Part shown: positions 21,478-34,434 of the stretch, piece by piece
Position numbering within the stretch: the stretch's first letter is position 1
Layout: each line of letters opens with the position of its first letter
DNA from: Asterionella formosa
Taxonomy: Eukaryota
Direction of reading: 5' to 3'
NCBI GenBank assembly: GCA_002256025.1
Contig: NKIB01013225.1
Location: 1-61,897, forward strand
DNA: 61,897 bases
Program-made: the position numbers and the translations under genes
Notes under the pieces: model-generated
The model's database searches: none
What the model saw: the letters and a program-made list of their open reading frames with translations, nothing else
What the model was told of the DNA's origin: nothing

Positions 21478-24400
21478 GGTTTGCGCACTCACCGCCTTTG
21501 CCCAGACGGTTTGAATCGATAGAACTTCCTTTCAATGTGGAGGTATCGTCTTGGTCTCGTATGACTTCTGGCTCGGCCTATCTTTTCTACCTATACCAGC
21601 ACGTCCTTGGACTTGATTGAGGCGATCGAAATCAATACTATTCGATGATCAAAATCACTGAAATGCAAGTTGGCTAGGAACAAGGCGATGATAACAGCTG
21701 CAAAATTGAATTTTTTGCGACTCTCGTCATCGCTCAGCTGTTTATATTTTTAGGAACTTCGCAATTTGAAGTTTTCTGTCCTTTGACTGTTCGATCTTTT
21801 TGGATGGTTTCATCTACCACCCAGCGCCACCTGGCAGTGTATTTGCACACGCTACCTGGTACCAGGTACCAGCAAGTTGGGGTCATTTCGCTTAGGGTAA
21901 AGAAGTAAAGAAACAATTCAATATGGGATAAAGATAGCAAAAGGTTTAGTTCCAGCACATTTAGAGCACCTTGCTAGTACCTCCTATATACTCCGTACCA
22001 AGTACCAGGTACTCCGTATTCCGTATTCCTTACTCCAGCATCCAGACAACAGGTTCTGCAGTGAAAATAGGGGAATCTATTAACGGAAGATTCCTCGACC
22101 CATATAGCTAAACTTTTAGCTTCAGTACAATTTCCACAACTTCGAGCAAGAATCCCAATGCATCATGGCTGGGTGCAATTTCTGGGTCGACGAGGAAGGC
22201 AGTATAGGCATAGTATTAGCAAACCCTGACCCTACTAACATAATTTTTGCGCCTAAACATCAGTATTCTTCTGTTGGTTTACTCAACAATTTAACAACCT
22301 CCCATCCCACTTGAATTATCAACAGCGCTATCGGTAAACACATCAAGCAGCATGGGAACACCATGATTTGGTTTATCTAATACCTATTTAGTGGCTGTTG
22401 AGCATGGCAAATCCATGTCTAGCTAGGATTTATGTGGAAAAGCTCTTGACCTTGTCGAAGCGAAATGAATCAACTATTCAATCAGGCCTGGAGAAGCAGC
22501 AACCGATAGTTAAATCGGGTTAGGAGGCAATGGTGCTGAAAGAACTGTGACTTGCTTGTGGTGGTTGTGGAGGAAGCAACAAGGAGCATCGGCGTGATTG
22601 TAAACTTTGTGGCGTTGTTGTGGTGTGATATTACTATATTGTAGGGGATGGATGAAGATAAACCGCCCGAATGGCTGGATTTTCAAGGAACGGGATCGCT
22701 CAAGATCAATATAATGGTAGAAAATGTGAATTGTATGCAGTGATGGAGTCAGGTTATAAATTTACAGTAGGGTTCAGTCGAGAAGGAATAAATGTGAGAT
22801 GTCAATCAACCTGCCCTGTCAATTGCGTTGGATGTGATGTGTCATTGGAGCATCATGGTATATTGCAAGTCATGTTGTGGTTGGCGTGAATGACATAGAT
22901 CATAATGATTCCAATGTTGTTTTGGAAATCATTTGTTTCCCGGTTTGACTGGAAAGAATAAATCCACAGGAGATTTTTGCTTGACAAGAAAACATCTACT
23001 AAGCCACAAAAGACGCCACTTTTCGAAATTTTCATCTACGTACGAGTGTTAATTAGGAATATGTGGTACTTCACATGAATTTTAACCACTTCCCGTAAAT
23101 AAGAAGGCTACATTTACCGGTTTCAGTTGAAATTTTCATGATGAACTTTGAATTTGAGACTGAATTAGTTGATGTTTCAAAAATGCATTTCAAAATTTAA
23201 CTAATATCCTGCTGTTGTGTATAATTTATTCACGACACGCACCTTCGTCTACGAAAATAGCAACGATATTTGTGGTGTCTAATTTCATGCATGGAGAATC
23301 AACAATTAACGGTTGAACACATCAAGTAAAGAAAATGCAATCCTCTGGCAATAAAATTACTCAACCTGGTGGTTTTTATCTGATGATTGACAATCATATT
23401 GTGAATTCAAGAGGGAACAATTTAAAAATACAACAAAAACCAACCTGTTACAAATGTCAAATCTTGTCATGGGTAGCACATGCCACGAGATGATGGAATC
23501 GCACAGGAAATGACGAAGATTCATGGAAAGGAGATTTTGCCGTCCTGCTTGGGGTGCAGCAAATTGACGCAACCAGGTACGTCGCTGCTAGGCTTAAAGA
23601 AATGCGCATTTTCAATGTAAAGTGACAAGGTAAAGTGACAATGTAAAATTACAATGTAAAATTTAATTTTGCATAATCATTCAATTGTCAATTTTCACCA
23701 GTAAAACAACTTTTTCCAAGTGTCTCCTGGAATGTACGAATCACAGAAACAAAGGAAGAAGGCATGTTAGAAACAAATTTCATCACCATGTTGCACCAGA
23801 GTTAATACCCTTCTTCTAAAATGTTTTTGGTGATATTTATATTTTGGCGAAGAAAAGACATCTCAAAATTTAGCCAAGATGGAGAATGAAGTGTTCAACT
23901 TAATCAGTTGATTTTATTCAATAAAAAATCGAGTTGTTTACTTGTTCTTTTAAGAGAAGGCTAGTGGGTCATCCATTAGTTCGGTCATTTTGAGTATCCA
24001 TTGGTTGTGCCCTACTATCCTTCTTGTCATATTTGTTCAAAGTCACACTTGTAGCCACAGAAATTGTTTCGGATGAAATTATTAGCAAGAATGTGCCAGA
24101 TTTTTTCGTGTAGATTGTACGTCGTTGTAATGGTACTAGCTACAACGAAAAAATCATGGCTGCGCCAGGATTTCTGACCATCTGACTTAATAAATACAAA
24201 AAAATCAACACAACAGTGAACAACATGTTTCTACCATGGAACAACCCTTACAGCCATTGTCTCCCTTCCAGCTTGTCAGCTGCCTGATAATTAAAAATCC
24301 TTTATCAAGTCCTATACCTTTTTTCAACTGATATACCTTTTGTCGCACCAACAGATGGTGGAATGACGCAACATGGAGATCCGCACTGGATGTTTTGAAG

Positions 24401-25863
24401 GTAAGCTTAATTGTCTTGCTATATTTTTGTTATCATATCACCAAGTGAGCGATAATTCATACTCATTGTCTGTTGATGTTCTCTATATTCATTTGATATT
24501 TGAATGGCCTTTTCAGGAAAGGAGTCTTCTTTTAAAAGCAGGAGTGATAGAAGGTGAAATGATGCAACATGATGTTAAGCAAGAATTTATAGTACCATAG
24601 CAGCTTATTCTTCACATGCCAATAATATTTTGAACAACATGATTCAGGTGTAGCCTTTTTCCTTGAGAATGGCATTGAATCAAGGACATGACATGAAATT
24701 AGTTAGCCAGAAGGAGGTATTGGTCAAAATGTTGGTAGTTGCAACTGACCAAAAATTATTCCATTTTGTTCCATGTATTTTTGCCATTAAAACCCGAAAT
24801 CCAATCCCTCTGCTGAGTTGCTCACCATACAGTAAAGGTTTGCCCTCAATCTTTTACTTAAATGACAAACAAAATAGCATTACTAAAAAACTCAAGGGGA
24901 AGAATGATTAGAACAACTGGGAGACAGTCTGCTTTGTCCCTCCTATGAATTGGAAATGATAAAAGTCATGGATTGCAACTAAGAGCATTTAGTTGTCTCC
25001 AGTAGCAAATTCCTGAATGTCACTCCCCACTCACTATCAGACAAATTGTTTACAACTTAATTAGGAAGAACAATGCTTTCAGGTGCAGAGACATTGTGAT
25101 CATCAATATCAACAAATCTAGCTGCAATGGAAACATCATCGGTATCATGAGTGCACCAGTACACTCAACAAGTTCGAGGATCATTTAAGGCATCTCTTCA
25201 AAGTCAGCTACTGCCTCCTCAAGTACATAATTGCCTTCACCATTGTAAAAGTATTCTGGATCACCTTCAGAAATTATCTTGAAGTACTTTTCAAGAGTGT
25301 ACAAGTCAGCCAAATCAGCATCATCCACAATCCTGGGAGCTGTGTCCACAATGGCCATCACCTCAACACCTCTGATTTTTAAGCTCTCTCCACCTGCACC
25401 TTTGCCCTGGTGATGCTTTCAGTGGTCTGAATTTTATAGCAAGTGCATTATAGTAGACTACAACTATAGGACTAGCATTCTAACGACCAATACGACGCAG
25501 ATACTTCATTTTTAATAGTTAAAAAATCATCATTGACGTCTTGAAACCTGATGCATTGACTGTGCATCGCGGGCCTCAAGGGTGGCTGCTTTTTGTGCTT
25601 TGTCGATTCTACCATATCGATGGTTGTGTATATCACATGATAGTCCTTCATCAATATCAATCTACTAACGCGCGCGCAGACGCACGGAGGCAGTATATTT
25701 TAGCTTGCTGAAAACGATTCTGGTTGACTTTATCATATCAACTTGATAGTCAGGGCAACAAGCATAGGATGATAGGCTCTAACCCAATTGACTACAGCAC
25801 TCCAAAAAACAAAATAGTGAGAAAGTAGCAGCGGTAATTCTCACCCAGAAATTCCTGTAACGC

Positions 25864-27570
25864 TCATTTCTTGCGATGCTCCTCTGCAAACAGTTTATGC
25901 AACTCAAGGTTATCAGCTTCGGACACATTGTTACATGGCGTCAGTGTCCAAACCTCAAGGTCATCAATATTGAATTCTTGGACATCGCCACTCAACGTGG
26001 GATTGCAAAAGGTAGCACATGAGTTGGATTCACCTCCCCGCAAATCAGCATCAATAAGGAGACCTATTCCTTGTGATTGGGTGGTTTTACTGTATGGTGA
26101 ATTCACTGATCCCCAAGCACCGCCGCCAACGGCAATCATTTGACCAGTACAATATTGGACATGTGTGTCACTTCCAGTGTAGGGATAGACTTTGAGCGAG
26201 TCCATTAATCTCCATAAAAAGGCCTCCCCGCTACCGAACCACCCCGCTTGCTTTCTCCATTTGGAACCGGTAAACGAGCCAAATATTTTATTTCCACTTC
26301 TTATAGCCAAGAATGTATATTTGGAACCTCGAATCGTGTGCAGTAGATTAATTAAAGAGTCACCATCATATTCCAAAGTAAACTTTAACCAGAAATTCTC
26401 TTCTGAGACCACAAATGGCAAAAATCCGCGAAGGGCCTCCATGAGCGCCGGTGTAAGAATGCGCCGACTTGAAGTATGAGCTCCTAAAATGTTGTATGGT
26501 GTCCCATCATCATCTACTTCTTCAATCAGATTAGGTTCCGTATTACTCGTACTTGACGTGTGCTGATAAGGCCCAGGTGGACCATCTGGTTTGAGGAGAG
26601 TAATTGAGTTGCCGTGCTTATAGTCACCTAACGCCTCTTGGGCAGATCTGAGTCGCGCAATGGAAGGTCCCAAGTCAATGTTGGGAACAGTCGAACCACC
26701 TTCGTCGGTACCATTGCAATCGCTACGAACGATACTGCCATCTGAATTGACAGAATTATTCAGTTGCAACGACAACTCCACACCTTCGCTCTCTCTAAAG
26801 GTGGAATCAAACTGGACAGTGCCTTGGTTTGGCATCGAAAGAAGCATGTTGCCTTCATCTTCTTCAAGTTCTCTCAATATTTCAACAGAAGAAAATGATT
26901 GATTGCGAGCCTTCAAATCGTCTGGGATCATATCGTCGTCGCCTTCGCCGACAACTAATATCCTTCTACGGCTGGAGTCCATCTTTATCGGGCTTTCGAG
27001 AAATAGCGGGTCACTGGCTAGTGCCTTCGTAGCGCTTTCGATGACAGTCAAATGATCAAGAGAAAATTCTTCATCAAAACCATGCATCAGGCCTTCCAGA
27101 AACTCTCGTTCTGTTTCAGTCAACCTATCATGCCTCCGAACAATAGTCTCGTGAAGCAACTGGCAAGCAGTCAAATATTGATCTTTGGTAATGCTTTCAA
27201 CGTCTGAATCAACACCAGGAGGAAAGTCACGAGATTGCGGTGGCTTTTGACCAAGTATATAATCTTGAATCGCTTGCGAGTCACTCGAAGGACTTGATTG
27301 CAGTTTGTGAGTGTCTGGAAGGTACGATTCTCTTGGAAATACTTGGTGGGTCGTTGTGGAGTTCGGTTGTTCCCGATGATCCAAACCTCGCTCTCGCCAA
27401 GACTGAACCGCTTCAACATCACTACAGGTGGATGCCGCCTCACTGGAACCCCTCAAGCGTTCATCGGAGGGGTCCGACTTTCCTTGCCCTTCGACAAGGA
27501 CGGCAAGTTTGTCATTGGAAATCGAATCAAGAGAAACGTGTCCATCACTTCGACAGCACTTGTTTCCCAT
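25864..27570 (-). CDS. TLDc-domain (OXR1/NCOA7-like) protein with N-terminal MGxxCC acylation motif
   Basis: C-terminal TLDc motifs DGDSL..L, IFGSF, FGSGEAFLW, AVGGG, CATFCNP.L and LEVW. Starts MGNKCC. Confidence 0.88.
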   Translation of the reverse strand: MGNKCCRSDGHVSLDSISNDKLAVLVEGQGKSDPSDERLRGSSEAASTCSDVEAVQSWRERGLDHREQPNSTTTHQVFPRESYLPDTHKLQSSPSSDSQAIQDYILGQKPPQSRDFPPGVDSDVESITKDQYLTACQLLHETIVRRHDRLTETEREFLEGLMHGFDEEFSLDHLTVIESATKALASDPLFLESPIKMDSSRRRILVVGEGDDDMIPDDLKARNQSFSSVEILRELEEDEGNMLLSMPNQGTVQFDSTFRESEGVELSLQLNNSVNSDGSIVRSDCNGTDEGGSTVPNIDLGPSIARLRSAQEALGDYKHGNSITLLKPDGPPGPYQHTSSTSNTEPNLIEEVDDDGTPYNILGAHTSSRRILTPALMEALRGFLPFVVSEENFWLKFTLEYDGDSLINLLHTIRGSKYTFLAIRSGNKIFGSFTGSKWRKQAGWFGSGEAFLWRLMDSLKVYPYTGSDTHVQYCTGQMIAVGGGAWGSVNSPYSKTTQSQGIGLLIDADLRGGESNSCATFCNPTLSGDVQEFNIDDLEVWTLTPCNNVSEADNLELHKLFAEEHRKK

Positions 27571-30314
27571 ACTGACTTTTGTGGATACCTAGATCTCCTT
27601 GCAAAGAACCCAAGCGAGATATAGAACTATTGCGGTCGTCCTGAAAGAACGGTTTTCGGTGACCCGAGAAAGCAGAGCAAGTGAGGCGAGACGAGACGAA
27701 AAATCTGCATCAATGAAGGGGCACTCGAAACGACATCAATTGTTCTTCAAGGCAATACATGTAAGAATGTAGTCATGCACTCCCGAGGAGGTCTCTTGCC
27801 TGCGAGTATGCATGTGTGCGAGGCTGGGTGGCGCGAGTAGGTTGACCGTCCGAGTGTGGTGCCGTGGGTACTCGACTACCGGTAATCCAAATGCAAAAAC
27901 CCAGCCTTCGAACGGGAGTAAACGTCATGTATGAATTCGAGCAATCCTCACCCTAGCTATCATCATGCTTTTCGAAAAGAACTGTGGGTGTCTAAAAATG
28001 TAAGTACCGGTAATTCGTTTTAAAGGGCAATATAGGGGCATAGTGGATTTTTCGGCAGTCCAATTTTAGGTTTGAGCAGGGACCATCGAGCAATGTCAGG
28101 AGTAGAATTTTCAGGGGAAGTTTACAAATCCATACCACCACACATCAAACATGCATGGAGTGACAATGACAAGCAAGGAGTAGAATAAATAGTGAAAAAG
28201 AAAATGAGTTAGCTGAAAAGTCATGGGAAAAATTTTCAATGCATGTTCATTCATAATTGTCAACTTACACTTTCTTCACATTGTCCAAGCAAAATAAATG
28301 AAATATTCAAGCAGGCCTGGAGACGCAGCAACCGATTATTAAATTGGCTATGGAGGAGATGGTGCTGGAGGAATTGTGACATGGTGTGGTAAAAGTTTAC
28401 TGCATGATTTTTGATCCAAAAACTATCATATATGTAAAAATCCCGGTACACTTAGCATACAATACCCTTGATCCTTTATTCATGATAGTTTATTTGCAGA
28501 CAAGTGCTCCTAGCTTCCTGTCTTCATCTTGATCAAACTACTAGGCCATGGGCTCCTTGTGACCGCCCATATTGCAATGGATGGTGCTTGGAATCGATCT
28601 CCATATTTTTAAGAAGCTTGTATCTCACCCTTGCCATTAAAATCCTTCGACAGGGAGTAATGTATGCCTTGACAGGAGAAGTAGCAGAGGAGATCTTTCA
28701 GCTTTGTTTTCAGGCCTTGTTTGGTTGGTACATTGCCGATACAATGGTTTTGTTGGAAGCACTCTCAAGGATGACACAACAGATAGGATGATAGAATCAA
28801 TGAATTGGCTGGTTTCGATTGTCGGGCTTCTGTTCCATAGACGAAGCAGGCGATCCTAAGGTTGGATTTTCGGCAAGAGTTTCAAATAATCTGCTGCTTT
28901 CAATGATTGTAAGTGTCTTGGTTACCTGCTTGTGTTGTGCATCGTCAGGTTCCTGATAACATCTGTTTGTGTAGCAGTTCCAAAAACATCATCATTGCTG
29001 GATCGAATGGTGTTTGCACAGCCAGTCTTCGGTAGTTCTTTCAGACTTGGAATCCAGGAATCAGGGTGATGAGCATGAGCTCCAGTGTGAAGAGCAATTG
29101 CTTATGGAAGCAGTTAAGAAGTACCTTGAATCGGAATCAGAAGTTCTAGTACTGTTGCAATCAACAAATCTGGAGCTACGAATGTCAGAAATGGGGTATT
29201 TCTACAACATTGGAAGAGTTCACAACTGTTGAAACATGGCTTTTAGCTACAAGGTTCTTTGAAACTAGTGACTATGATCAGAAAGAAAAAATGCGACTGT
29301 GAGTGATCTCAACATCAATGATGGAATCAAAACGAAAGCACAACAATGATGCAACAATCAACAACAAATGCACCTATCTTCTCTTTTTTCGTCGTTTTCA
29401 TCAATGGCTACTTCGGGAATACTTGCATCCTTTGCAGCAACCTCTTTCTGTTCCAATATACTGAAGATTGTAATGGATTTTATATATTAGGATGAAATCG
29501 ACTGTTTGGTCAGCACGGGAACACACAACAATCAACAACATACCCAAGCTTGTTATTCTTTTTCCTTTCTAGTGCACACAACGACAGCAGTGCAGGACAC
29601 CGGTTATCATCTTGGATCTTTGCGCTTAGCAGTTATCATTACTGTACTTCGCCAGCAACGGTTTCTGGTTCCCGTTGTCATTGTAGAATAATCAGTATGT
29701 TAGAATTATAAAAGCATTGAATGAAAACAGAGAAAATCAATATTTTAGAGCATCTCAAAAAACACAATCAAACTTGCTTCCAAGCCATCATATCTGATCT
29801 TCACGTAGAAAACATACCAAACTTTATTGTTTTGAATAATAAGTGAACATAACATCTGAAAATAGCACCAAAAATGTGACAACGATGGTGTGAAATCGAC
29901 TCCTTACCGGCGCAACCCATGAATCTTGGTCCTCAAAAGTCCAATCAACATTATTATCTATCAGGAATTATCTGAATCATCAGTATCCAACACATCTGAA
30001 GATGAATCATGAGACTTTTTGAGATCAAGCAATTGACTTGAGAACAGCAACTTTGGCACAACTGCAACAAACTAGGTATGATGTCACGACATGAATCCCA
30101 TGTGAAGACGAGTACCGGTAATACAAAAAACAAACGCATCAGTTTGAAGATGAGTCACTGCTGGCGTCATCAAAGAATAAATTTTGCTTCAGATTGGGCA
30201 TGATGGTCGATGATTGGCTGACTGTGCATATCAAAGCTGTATTTCCGCTTTCACATTTTAAGAAACAAACAAATCGATTTATATTATTGCAACAGATTGG
30301 TGAATACTAGATAT

Positions 30315-30641
30315 TTTTTAATCAAATCTATGATAGTGTTTATAAAATGGTTTCCTTAAGTAGAAACCCTGCCAATTTTGGCAATCCCAGGGCTTGAAAA
30401 CCGAGGGGCAATTGGCGTAAATTTGTATTGCCAAAATGCAAAACATATGAAATATAAAAAATACATTTTAATGATGGCCTAAATCGGACCCATTGTAAAT
30501 TTCGATGTGAACATAGGAAATTTACAAAATATTCTTTATATCGTGGGCTATAGCAAGCTAAAATCGACATTTACGCTCAATGAGTGGGCACTAGGTAAGC
30601 GAATGGTGCAACGATAGCTATTTTGTGAAATACCTCAACAA
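30315..30641 (+). repeat. ~320-bp direct repeat, copy 1 (copy 2 at 31804-32112)
   Basis: Shared blocks TTTTAATCAAATCT, ATGGTTTCCTTAAGTA, ATTGGCGTAAATT, ATCGGACCCATT, TTTACGCTCAAT and GCACTAGGTAAGCGAATGG. Confidence 0.85.
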
Positions 30642-31803
30642 TACTACCCTTCTCGGTGGCTACATGACCTCTCGTCTTCCCAATCTTGATCTGTAGTAGA
30701 TGATTTGTTCATTGGAACCATTTACATAGCTGTATAGTAGAATCTAAGTAGCACTTATCTTCTGCTCCTGTCCCAACCAAACAATCGCTCCTGATCAAAT
30801 GATTCTGTGCTTGATAGCCAGGCCACTCCTGTATCAGATCCACACATTGTATTAACAATTATTGTTTAATTTTTAATGTAGCTTGCGATACGAACTTTGA
30901 GTAGAAAGATGGTAAACCGAGTAAGTATAAGAAAAGCATTGCTTGGCAGAAATGTTGACATGATGGTCAAAGACTACACAAATCAACAAATAAGATTACC
31001 AACAGTACATTTTGGAAGAGTAGGCAATGATACATCCATCGGCCCTTGTTTAGATAGATTCAATCCAACCAAAAGGACTGTTCGAAAGGACTAAAAGCGT
31101 CAGAAGCGATAAAAATGGAGAATAGAAGCAATCAGTTCGAAAATCAGATAAAAAAACATCTAAATACCACATTCTGTAGTTCAGTAGTATTCACCGATCT
31201 GCTGCAACTAGCATAACAAGCTGGAAATGGGAGGACGATCAATCAAATGTCGAAAAGGTTCCTGATGGAAGCCCGGAATGAGCAACAGCAGACAGGATTC
31301 AGTAAGAATCACAATTTTGGGGGAAAAATTGGGCATCTGTAAAATAAATGAATATATGTGAAGCATATAATTTAACAAACTTAACATCCTGGTGGTCTAG
31401 TAAAGATAATACTGAGTGTACAGCATGTTCATTATGACAACGTTTTCAAAGTACGCATTAAAGTTCAGCTTAAACCAGCATGAATTTTTTTAGTACCATA
31501 CATGTATACAGGCCACATGACTAGAATACCCTTCAACAACATAATGACCGGTACAAAAACTTGCCGCAAACATCAGATATACCGATATCATTGTTCGTCC
31601 GAAGAAATGTGGACAATGCAAGCGAGTTCATGAATCCCACGAGAAGGCGAGCAATCTAACAGCCAACCAAATCCATTTGACAACGAATCGCTACTGGTGT
31701 CATCAATGAACTCATTTCGCTTCAGACTGGGCATGCTGGACAATGATCGGCATGTTGAAAAGTGATTGCCGCAGTCACTTTTCATCAGATTAACAAAACA
31801 AGG

Positions 31804-32112
31804 TTTTAATCAAATCTGTAGAGTTAATAGATGGTTTCCTTAAGTATATGCCCCTTGCCAATTTAAGCAAGACAAGGGCATGAAAAATGAGGGGCGATTG
31901 GCGTAAATTGTATTGCCAAAAGCCTAACAATTTTAAAAATGATGGGCCATATCGGACCCATTTGCAAATTTTGATGTGAAGATGGGAAATTTACAAAATA
32001 TATTTTATATGATGGGCTTAAGCAAGCTAAATTTGATATTTACGCTCAATCAGTGAGCACTAGGTAAGCGAATGGCGCAACAAAAGCTATTTTGTTAATT
32101 GCCTTAACAATA
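31804..32112 (+). repeat. ~310-bp direct repeat, copy 2
   Basis: Collinear with 30315-30641 over its whole length, diverged. Confidence 0.85.
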
Positions 32113-32252
32113 TTATATGCCTTCTTGTATACATGTGTACTTGGCTGGGATGGCACTCATAGGGTGACCACTTGCGCCACCCAGCCTCGAACACATGTAT
32201 ACTCGCAGGCATGAGACCATCTCGGGCGTACATTGCCTTCAGAAGGCAAGTA

Positions 32253-34149
32253 CCTGCAAGTTACGGTAATTTTGTGAAATGGATGCACATGACACAGGAA
32301 AGGCGCTCAAAAAGACTAAATCGACATTTCATCAACTCTCTCTTTGAATCGACAGTATCCTTACTTGTTAGTGATGTCAATAGTTATTTTATCTAAATGT
32401 GGAAAAGTCAAAACGAGGCAAAATTGCTGAGAAAAGAAAATGACAACAATGACCGGGGCAATGTAGGAGCAGCCCGAAGCAAAGTAAGCAAATGAAAGCA
32501 AGTCTTGCTAACTTTGCTTTATTCTTTCCAAACACAAAATTGTTTTCTTTTTCCAGCCGAAGTGGTGAAAACAACCAATAACAAACGGTGCTATATTTGT
32601 TAAGATTTGAATATTCAAATGCTAGTGTTATCATATGTAAGAACTAGTAGTACCCGATATAACTATTATACCATCATACCACCGTATGCATGCTGGCTGG
32701 ACTCATGCTGTTCAATTGAACCCTGGTACCCGAGGTAGCACTTGTACGAGCTTGTATATAATTATTTAGCTATGATAATTCGATTCTTTTGCATAGTTGT
32801 ATGTGCCGGTATAGCTGTGAAATCGTTGTGAGCATCTGGAGAATGCATGGTGCATCATGTCATCTCAGCCTTGAGCACCATGACGAAAATAACAAATATC
32901 TCTATGAAAAATGAGAACCACGCTTTGCTATTAGGTACAACATAAAAGTGTAATATGTTTTATAGCCCATTTGTACTCCCCTGTTTCTAGGCAAACTACC
33001 TGTGCTTCCCTAGTTTTGTTAGCGTATTAGGTAAGCCCCCAAACACCTTTCGCAAAAGGTGATCGTCATAGCCATGGCGTTAGGAACCTCCAACCGACTA
33101 GGAAGGTGACACAAGCTGCTTGTAGGGACGGGGAAACCCACAACTTCTTGCACACCAGATATGACCATGCGGGACAGTAAGGAGTGTGGGAGATGAACCC
33201 AACAATTGCTTCTCAAAAGAAATTGAGGGAATCGAACCACACAATCTCAGATCAAAGGCAACGTTCTTAACAATTAAGCCATTACAATTCTATTAGGTAC
33301 ATATATTAAGAAAGATATAGAAAATATAATAGGAAAAGAATGGTTGCAATGACACTAATATTGACAACGAAAATTGAAATAGCGCTCCGATGGCGTATTT
33401 TTTAAATGAAATTTATAGATTCACAATTCAAAAGCGATGATGTTATCAGCAGATTTTACACTTTCACAGTAGACTTAAACAAGAAAATGAATAATTAAAG
33501 CAAAAGATGCCAAACAAGTTATTTATTGACTTAGATATGATTCCTTGTATCGATGCCACAAAAAGGATGTATTGTGAAATGGGAATGAGCAATGGCAGCA
33601 TGATGATGCATGACAAGATTTCAAAATTGTTGGCTCACCAGTATATAAGTACCAGTATACTATGTATCATTTATTATCTTCATTTTGTTCCGGTAGTTGA
33701 AAGTAGATTTACCTGGTAACATGAGTATGTACTGTACCTACATAGTTTATAATAGTTCTATCGGGTTGTTGGTATGATGATGCTGGAAGTGGTTACGAAT
33801 CTCCTATCCCAAGAACGACTTTGAAACCGTTAACTAAGATATGTTGTTTTCCTCGCCACAATTTCTTCGGCTGGAAAAGGAGAATGATTTTGAGTTTGGA
33901 GAGAATAATTGTTTGGGCCACACCTCTATTGCCCCGGTCATTGTTAAGCTTTGACGTTTCCCTGTCTTGAAGAATAAAATTACCGGTAGTAGGACAGGAT
34001 AAAACCTACATCACGAAGTGGCGATCACATGTTCATATGTTAGGCACCACAGAAGTTTTTAAAGAGTGCGTTGATGACGTTTTCTATATATGCAAACGCC
34101 TGTCCTGTGTCACGTCGTCAATTTGAGCAAAATGACCGCAACTTCCTGG
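32253..34149. mobile_element. Non-autonomous DNA transposon with long (~350-400 bp) imperfect TIRs and TA flanks, carrying nested insertions
   Basis: Left TA|CCTGCAAGTTACGGTAATTTTG versus right CAAAATGACCGCAACTTCCTGG|TA. Inner arm matches include TGACACAGGA, AACAATGACCGGGGCAAT (32445-32462) / ATTGCCCCGGTCATTGTT (33928-33945) and TTTTCCAGCCGAAG / CTTCGGCTGGAAAA. Confidence 0.75.
32940..33289 (-). mobile_element. tRNA-derived SINE candidate (family 2) with 12-bp TSD
   Basis: TSD CTATTAGGTACA at 32928-32939 and 33290-33301. On the minus strand the 5' end has A-box TGGCTTAATTG and B-box GGTTCGATTCC. The homologous host repeat near 44068 lacks the insertion. Confidence 0.75.
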
Positions 34150-34434
34150 TAAAACTACATAAACGTATCTCACCGCATAACAGCCAACCAACGCAGAAGC
34201 AATGCAAGAACATTTGAGAATGAGAACCATCTCGGCTCGAAATCTTGGTTCGCATATAACATATATAGTAGGTACATTATACAGAAATAAAAAATATATG
34301 TCATGTGTATACTGGTATATAAATTCAGAAAATGTACTACGGTATGGGTAATTGCTCGCGTTATTATATTTCGACATCCTCTCTCGCATTCCCACTATAC
34401 TATCGAGACGCTCAACTCGCTGAGTAGTTCCGAA

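Larger units (their letters stand above)
27749..32240. mobile_element. Possible decayed TIR-bounded element: inverted ~90-bp repeats at ~27749-27860 and ~32150-32240
   Basis: GCCTGCGAGTATGCATGTGTGCGAGGCTGGGTGGCGC on the left is nearly the reverse complement of GCGCCACCCAGCCTCGAACACATGTATACTCGCAGGC on the right. The interior has no intact ORF. These could also be two independent copies. Confidence 0.5.

Noticed and set aside
24900..25420. Acidic minus-strand reading fragment (IVDTAPRIVDDADLADLY...)
   Set aside because: Short, lacks a start and is interrupted by stops. No family recognised; probably a TE relic.
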